Shown: one piece after another, positions 10,301-19,300 of the stretch
Numbering within the stretch: position 1 is the first letter of the stretch
Layout: the number at the start of each line of letters is the position of its first letter
Origin: Hausera hauseri
Taxonomy: Eukaryota
Assembly: GCA_046269625.1 (NCBI GenBank)
Contig: JBJURY010555449.1
Span: 1-35,874 of the forward strand
Reading direction: 5' to 3'
Length of the DNA: 35,874 bases
Program-made: the position numbers and the translations under genes
The notes under the pieces: generated by a model
What the model was told of the DNA's origin: nothing
The model's database searches: none
What the model saw: the letters and a program-made list of their open reading frames with translations, nothing else

Positions 10301-13300
10301 CGGCATTGAATGTGACGGGGTTGAGTGAAGGCGTGTACAAAATGTATGCCGTTGATAATGCGGGAAATTTTGCTTCAGCCTCGCAAACAGTCACCATAGA
10401 TGGCAAGGTGCCCACTTTGCTGATTACCAGCAGCAAGGCGCTGATTCCGCCAAACGACAACGCGGTTATTACCTTTGCGTTCAGCGAGAATGTCACGGGG
10501 TTTGATTTGACAGATGTGCAGTTGAATAGCGGGAGCGGAACGCTCAGCAATTTCCAGGGCAGCGGCGCGCAGTACACGGCAACATTTACCATGGCAGCGA
10601 CCCCTACACAGATTCCCACCATCACCGTGGCCAAAGGCAGTTATACCGATCTGGCAGGAAACCCGGGTGAGGCTGGTGTAACGCCGGTATTAAGCTATGA
10701 CAGCACCTTGCCCAGGGTGTCGATCACCAGCAATGTGTCGGCAGTAAAGGCGGGCGGGACTGCGCTGGTTACTTTCTGGTTTAGCGGCACTACCACCAAT
10801 TTCGACAGTTCGGATATTACGGTGGTAGGAGGCACAGTGACAGGCTTTACCGGTTCTGCTGATTTTTACACCGCCACCTTTGTGCCGTCTGCCAACAGTA
10901 ATCTGACCGCCAGTATCAGCGTGGCTGCTAACAGTTATACGGTTGCTGACAGACCGGGCATCGCGGGATTGGCCAACATCACCGTGCAGACACAGATACC
11001 CAATGCGCCCAGCCTCACCTTGGGTACCGGTGTGGCTGATGGAGCGACATTTGCCGAGGCTACGCAAAGTGGAGGAGTGCTGTTAGGTTTTGCGACCAAT
11101 GGCACCATAATGACTACCTACACGCGCACCGGGGTCACGCCTCTGGTAAAGCAGGTTACCGCTTCCGGAGCCAGCCAGCCGTTGGTACTGACTGCCAGCG
11201 AAGTGGCCGCTTTGGGTGACGGGTTGATTAGCGTCAGTAGCCGTGTCGTGGATGCCATAGGCAACAGCAGTGCCGCCGTAGAGACCAGTTTTAATCTGGA
11301 CACCCAGCCACCAGTGGCGCCGATTCTGGCACTGGGTTCCGGGGTGTCTGTCGGGGCAACCCTGGGCAAGGCCACACAGACCAGTGGGGTCATTTCAGTG
11401 GTTGCCGAGTCTGGTTCTACCTGGGTGGTCAGCTTCAAGAATGGCACTACCACCATCAATAAAACGCTGGTGGGAACTGGTGATGTGCAGTCTGTGGTCT
11501 TGACCAGTGCCGATGTTGGCGGGAGCAGTGGTCTGGCAGATGGCAATATTTCGGTCAGTGCGGTAACGACGGATGCTGCCGGTAACGTGAGTCAGACGGC
11601 CACAACCAGCTTTATGCTGGATACCCAGGCACCGGGTCAGCCTACATTGCAAATCAAGGCGGGTCAGAGTGCCACACTCAACAATGCGACCAGAAGTGTC
11701 GATGTAGAAATTGCGGGTACAGGGTTGATGGCAGGGGGCAAGGTTCAATTGAAACTGGCCGATGCGGATTTTGGCAGAGCCTATACCGTGACCAGTGCGG
11801 ATGTCACTGCCGGCAAGGTGAGTTTGAACATTGTCAAAGCCGAGCTGGGTGCCGATGGGGTAAAGGCACTCTCTGCGGTTTTAAGTGATATGGCCGGTAA
11901 TGTAAGCGTTGCCAGCAGCGTGTTGAACCTGACCGTGACTACGGTGACGCCCGACAAGCCGATATTGGCGATTCCGGCCGGTCAGAATACTTATTTTGGG
12001 TTGAACAAGACCAGCATGAATCTGGAAGTGACGGGTTCCAACATATTTGTGGGCAACCAGATTCAGTTGCAACTCGCGGGCACCAATCTGGGTGCTGCTT
12101 ATACGGTGACGGCCAATGATGTAGCGGCGGGCAAGATTACCATGAGTGTGGCGCGCAGCATATTGGGTAGTGATGGCATCAAGTCTGTTACCGCCAGAGT
12201 AATAGATACAGCGCAGAATATGAGTGCGGCAAGCGACCCCGTGAAGCTGGTGGTGGATACGGTCGCTCCTGCCCAGCCGGTATTGGCGTTGAAAGCTGGG
12301 CAGAGTGGCTATGTGAATGCTGCCAGCAGTGGGATGAATATTGATCTGACCAATAGCGGACTGAGTGACGGTGATCGCATACAGATGAAATTGGGTGGTG
12401 TGAATATTGGCACCGTGTATGTGGTGACCACGCCGGATGTGGCGGCTGGAAAAGTGACGATAAATGTGCCCAAAAGTGCGCTGGGCGCTGATGGCAACAA
12501 GGCGATTACCGCAGTGATCACCGATTTGGCGGGCAACGTGGGTGTGGAAAGTGCCGCGTTGAACCTGGTGCTGGATACAGTAGCGCCCAATGCAGCCAGT
12601 CTGGCTTTGGGTAACAATGTCAATGCGTCGGGAGTAAATGGCAATCGTGCGGTGCAGAGTTCTGGTGTAGTGACGGTGAGTGGCGAGAGTGGTGCCACCG
12701 CATGGGTAACCTTTTTCAGATCGGGCGGAGGCACGGTTACCAAATCTGTATCGGTAACCGGCACAGGACAGCCACAGGGTGTGGTCTTGCAGTCCAGTGA
12801 TGTCAGTACTTTGGGGGATGGTACGGTGCTGGTGAGTACGACGCTGGTCGATGCGGCTGGTAATACCAGTATGTCGGTCAGTACCAGCTTCTGGATGGAA
12901 ACCAACGCGCCCAATGCGCCTGTGGTTGCATTGGGTAGCGGGGTGAGTAGTGGAGCTTCGAGCAGCAAGGCCACCCAGACTACAGGTGTGGTAACCGTTA
13001 TGGCCGATGTTGGCTCAACAATAAACGTGACTTTTACCCGTGCCGGTGGTGGTCGTGTGGATAAAACCTTGACAGCCAATGGCAGTGTGCAGGCGGTGGT
13101 GTTGAATACCAGTGATCTTGCCACGCTGGGTGAAGGTTCCATTGCGGTGTCCGCTACGGCAACCAGCCAGTCAGGTAATGTTAGCGGATCATCTAGCACC
13201 GGTTTTGTACTGGATGTCACGCCGCCATCCTCACCACTCATCACCTTGGGCACGGGTGTCAGTGATGGCGTGACCGCAAGCAAGGCCGTGCAAGTGAGCG

Positions 13301-16300
13301 GGGTAGTGTTGGTAACGGCCGATAATAACAGCGCGGTGGCCGTGACATTCAGCCGGGGAAGCAACAAGGTGGTTAAAACGCTAACGGCGAATGGCAGTGC
13401 CCAGGCAGTCAGTCTGGATTCAGCCAGCGTACTGTTGTTGGGCGACGGTACGATCACGGTTACGGCGACGGCTACCGATGGGGCGGGCAATGTGAGTAAT
13501 CCGCAGACTCAATCGTTCGTGCTGGATACCCAGGCACCATCATCGCCCAGTTTGACACTGGGTAATGGTGTCGCTGATGGCGTGACCAGCAGTGAGGCGG
13601 TGCAAACCAGTGGTGTTGTGTTGGTGAACGCCGAGGCTGCTGCCAAGGTGCAGGTAACGTTTAGCAGCGGTTCCAAAACCGTAGTGAAAACGATTACGGC
13701 AACGGGTTCTGCCCAACCAGTAACCTTAACAGCATCCGATCTGGGTGGCACTGCCGGATTGCCTGATGGAGAAGTGACGGTGCAAGCCACAGCGACAGAC
13801 GTGGCCGGCAATGTGGGGTCTACGGCAGTTACCCGTTTTACGCTGGATACTGTCGCACCCGTCGCGCCGACCCTGGCACTGGGGTCTGGTGTGAGTAATG
13901 GTGCAAACAGTGCAACGGCCACGCAGGCCAGCGGTGTGGTCACCGTAAATGCCGAAGAGAACAGCACGGTGTTGTTGACCTTTACCCGTAGCGGAGGCAC
14001 GGCCGTGAACAAAACCGTCACCAGTACGGGTACCATGCAGGGCGTTACGCTGACCGCAGCCGATCTTACCGCGTTGGGCGGAGATGGTTCGATTACAGTC
14101 AGTGCGACGGCAAGAGATATGGCCGGCAATCTGAATTCTGCCGCTGTAGGGTCAACCACTTTTGTTCTGGATACCCAGGCACCAACCGCCTCTATTGTTT
14201 CGGCCACGGCCGGGAATGTGCAGGTGAGCAGCAGCGAGATAGGCACGGCCTATCTGGTGAATAGCAATGTGGTAGTCAACTCGGTGTCTTCTATTACCAG
14301 TGCGCCGGGAACACACTGGAAATCGGTTACCATTTCTGCGGCCAATACCAATACGACTTTTCCGGTTTCTGGCCTGCTGGATGGTTCATATAAACTTTAC
14401 AGCCGGGATCTGGCTGGCAACCTCTCGCAGCCGACACAGAAGCTGGTAACAATAGATAACACCTCCCCGACGGTGACCATTGCCAGTAATAAATCTCTGG
14501 TGGTTCCCAATAGCAGCGCCGTGATCACTTTTACGTTCAGTGAGCCGGTTTCTGGGTTCAATACCAGCAGCATTACCGTGAAGTCTGGCACGCTGACCAA
14601 CCTGGCATCGGTGGGACAGGCGATTGACGGGAGTTACTACACTGCTTATACCGCCACATTTACTACAGTGGCCGCTCCGACCGAGGCATTAAGCGTATCG
14701 GTTACCGCTGGCAGCTATGCAGACAGTCATGGCAACTCTGGGCTGAAAGGTGATTCTCCGGCGCTTTACTATGACAGTACTGCACCCACGGTCACCATCA
14801 CCAGTAATAAAAGCGCACTCAAGGCCGGAGAAACGGCGCTGATTACTTTTACATTCAGTCAGGTTGTCACAGACTTTACCGATACGGATATCACAGTCAC
14901 CGGGGGTACGCTGGGAGCGTTATCCGGCAGTGGCATCAACTACACGGCAACTTTTACGCCAAGTGTCAATTACAGCGCCGCGTCAACCGTGAGTGTGACG
15001 GCAGGCAGTTACAGTGCCGCGAGCAAATCAGGCGCTGCGGGGACACTGAAGCTCCAGGTAGATACAGTCGTGCCGGATGCTCCCACCTTGACGTTGGGTG
15101 CCGGTGTGGCAGATGGAGCAACCAGCAGCGAAGCCGTACAAAGTGGTGGTGTCATGACGGTGGTGGGTGAAAGTGCAGCAACGATCAAGGTAACGTTTAG
15201 TCGTGCTGCCCAGAGCGTGAGCAAAACCCTGACGGCAAATGGTTCCAGCCAGCCCGTTGTCTTGGCGGCTGGTGATCTGACCACGTTGGGTGATGGCACG
15301 ATAACAGTACAGGCTACGGTCACAGATCCGTCTGGCAATGTCAGCACATCAACAGCCACCAATTTTGTGCTGGATACCGCAGCGCCTGCCACTCCTGTGC
15401 TGGCGTTAGGTACGAACATAGCCGGCGGGGCAACCAGCAGTGAGGCTGTGCAAAGCAGTGGCGTGGTGACGGTATCTGCAGAAAGTGGCGCCAAGGTGCT
15501 GGCTACGTTCAGTAACGGGAGCAAGCTGGTGACCAAAACCTTGCAGGGCAGCGGTTCGGTACAGGCCATCACCCTGTCGGCTGCTGATCTCATCACCCTG
15601 ACCGATGGGACGATCAATGTACAGGTAGTGGTACAGGATATGGCCGGAAACGCCAGCAATGCCAGCACCACTTTTAATCTGATGACGACACCTCCTGCTG
15701 CGCCGGTACTGGCGCTGGGTAGTGGTGTCAGTACTGGAGCCACAGCAGGCAAGGCCACGCAAGATAGTGGCGTGGTTACTGTTTCATCGGCCAGTGGCAA
15801 CGTGGTGAATACCACGTTCAGCAAGGGGGGAAATACGGTCATCAAGTCGGTAACAGCCAATGGCAGTGCACAGGCGGTCACTTTGACCAGCGCCAATCTG
15901 ACTGCCCTTGGCGGAGATGGCACGATTACGGTGAGTGCTGCCGCCACTGACCCTGCCGGAAACGTCGGCAGTTCGGTGACCAGCAGTTTTGTGTTGGACA
16001 CGGTTGCGCCTGTATCGCCCGTATTGGCATTGGGCACCGGGGTGTCTGATGGTGCCACCAGTTCGGAAGCAACCCAGGAGAGTGGTGTGATAACGGTGAA
16101 TGCCGAATATTTGTCCAGTGTGGTATTGACCTTCAGCCGGGTGGGTGGTGGCTCTGTTACCCAGACGATTTCCGGTACAGGGTCAGCAAAAGCAGTGACT
16201 TTAAGTGCTGCCGACTTGGTCACCCTGGGGGATGGCACGATAGCCGTATCGGCAACGGCAACCGATATTGCCGGTAACGTTAGCCAGGTTGCCAATACGT

Positions 16301-19300
16301 CATTTGTGCTGGATACCACAGTCCCAACGGCTCCTGTGTTGAGCCTGGGAAGCGGGGTCAATTCCATGGTTAATGCAGCCAAGGCGACGCAATCGAGTGG
16401 GGTGATTACCGTCACGGCTGAATCTGGTGGGGCGATTCTGGTGACTTTCGCTCGCAGTGGCGGAGGAAAGGTGACCAAGTCACTGACCGGTACCGGCTCT
16501 ACCCAATCAGTGGTTCTGACGGCGGGTGACCTGAGTACCCTGGGGGATGGTTTGGTGGTGGTGAACAGCAGCGTTAGTGATGCGTCCGGTAATATCAGCC
16601 TGGTTTCGAGTACCAAATTTACCTTGAGCACAGTTGCCCCGGCTACCCCGGTTCTGGCGCTCGGGTCTGGGGTATCTGACGGTGCAACCAGCAGTGAAGC
16701 CGTACAAGCTGATGGTGTGGTGACTGTCAATGCGGTACAGATGGCCCAGGTGTCTGTGGTGTTTTCCCGCAGTGGCGGCGGCAGTATCACCAAAACGGTA
16801 ACGGGTACTGGTGCAGCACAAGCGGTTACCCTGACGGCTTCTGATTTGAGTACATTGGGTGATGGGCAGATTGCCGTCAGTGCCACGGCAACTGATGCAG
16901 CCGATAATGTCAGCAAGAGTGCTACAACCGGGTTTGTGCTGGATACTGTGTCGCCCAGTCAACCGAGTCTTACTCTGGCGAGCGGGGTGGGCACGGGGGC
17001 TTCCAGCGCCGAAGCTGTGAGCAGTTCCGGTGTAGCGCTGATCAGTGGAGAATCAGGGTCAACCTTGCTGGTGACGTTTACTAACGGATTGCGTGCGGTG
17101 ACCAAGAAACTGGTGGCTACTGGCAGTACCCAGCCTGTAGTGCTGTCTGCCTCCGATCTGGTGGATCTAACAGACGGAACTATCAGTGTGAGCGTAGTTG
17201 CAAAAGATAGTGCCGGGAATACAAGCCCGGCGGCCAGTACCAGTTTCTTGCTGGATACTGCTCCCCCCAGCGCACCCTCGTTCATTTTGTCCTCAGCGGC
17301 CAGTAATGGGGCCAGCAGTGCCGTGGCCACACAGACTTCCGGGATACTGACCGTCAGTGCAGAAAGTGGTTCGACCATACAGGTGACTTTTGCTCGCAGT
17401 GGTGGGGGGAGTGTGTCACGAACGGTGACCGGAACGGGCTATTCCCAAGCCGTGACGCTCACGACATCAGACTTGACCACGCTGGGAGATGGCACCATTC
17501 TGGTGCAGGCCACAGCAACTGACGTTGTGGGTAACGTGAGCCAGGTCGCCAACACCTCATTTGTGCTGGATACGGTAGCGCCAGCGGCTCCCGTTCTGGC
17601 GTTGGGCACTGGGATTGCGAATGGTGCAACCAGTAGCGAAGCCGTGCAGTCCAGTGGGGTGGTGACTGTGTCGGCTGAAAACAACAGCCGGGTGATGGTG
17701 CGTTTTGTGCGCGGGTTGTCCAGTGTGATCAAGCTGTTGGATGGCAGCGCCACAACCACCGCAGTCACGCTGGATAGCAATGATCTGGCGACGCTGGGTG
17801 ATGGCTCCATTACCGTGAAGGCCATTGTAACGGACGCAGCCGGCAATACCAGCGAGGCCTCAACCACTTCGTTTGTGCTGGATACGGTAGCGCCCAGTAC
17901 GCCGACTATAGTGCTGGGCACCGGTGTGAGCACTGGGGCCACATTGAACGAACTCACGCAGGCAAGTGGTGTGGTGAAGGTATCGGGGGGGGCTGGCGGG
18001 CAGATACAGGTGACATTTTCCAGAGCAGGTGGTGGGCAGGTCGTGAAAACGCTGGTGAGTACGGGCAGCACGCAGGGGGTGATTCTGGAGTCGAGCGATG
18101 CTACAACCTTGGGGGATGGCTTGATTAGCGTGACTGCCTCTGTGCAGGATGCTGCAGGTAATCTGAGTGCTTTAGCTACGACCAGCTTTACGCTGGATAC
18201 GGTTGCGCCCAATGCACCCCAGATTGCATTGGGTGCCGGGGTCGATGCTGGTGCTTCCAGCGCCAAAGCCACTCAAGCCAGTGGGGTAGTCACCGTTAAT
18301 GCCGGGACCGGGACCACCGTGAGCGTTACGTTTTCCAATACCTTCAACAGCATCACCAGAACGGTCATCAAAACGGTGACCGGCACCGGTAGTGACCAGC
18401 CGGTGGTGTTGACGACAGCAGACATCGACAGCAATACCGCTGGCTTATGGAACGGACTGGTATCGGTCAAGAGTACCGCCGCAGATGCTGCGGGTAATGT
18501 CAGTGCGGTTAGCAGTAGCAGCTTTACCCTGAATACCGGCACGCCGACTACGCCCCAGATTGCATTGGGCACCGGGGTAGCTAATGGTGCTACACGCAGT
18601 GAAGCCACACAGGCATCTGGTGTGGTGACTTTAACCGCACAAGACGGTACACAAACCAGTGTGACTTTTGCGCGGCTCAATGGTGGTCAGGTGGTTAAAA
18701 CCCTGACGGGTACCAATAAATCACAAGCCGTTACGCTGACGGATGCTGAAGTGACGGCATTGGGAGATGGTACGATACGGGTGAGCGTTATCAGTCAGGA
18801 TACCAGCGGTAATCAGAGCGCATCTGTAGCAACCAATTTTATATTGGACACTGTGCCCCCCGACAATGCTGTGCTGACTCTGGGTACCGGGGTGGCCGAT
18901 ACAGCAAACCGTGCTGAGGCACTCCAGTCGAGTGGGGTGGTCACGGTGAATGGTGAAAGTGGTGCCAGCATCCTGGCCACTTTTACCGGGGTGAAAGGGG
19001 TGGTCAACAAAACCTTGACCGGTACAGGCAAGGCTCAGGCGGTGGTGCTGGTTGCTGCCGATCTCGCGACATTGGGAGACGGTAACGTCACGGTGGCGAC
19101 AACCGTGAAAGACCCTGCCGGGAACCTGAGTGGCACACCTGCCTCGACTACCCAGTTTACGTTGTCTGCCACCTTGCCATCGGCACCGGTTCTGGCGCTG
19201 GGTAGTGGTGTTTCTGATGGAGCAACCAGTGGAGAGGCCACACAAGCCAGCGGGGTAGTGACGGTCAATGGTAACAGTGGGCTGGATTTTCAGGTGACTT

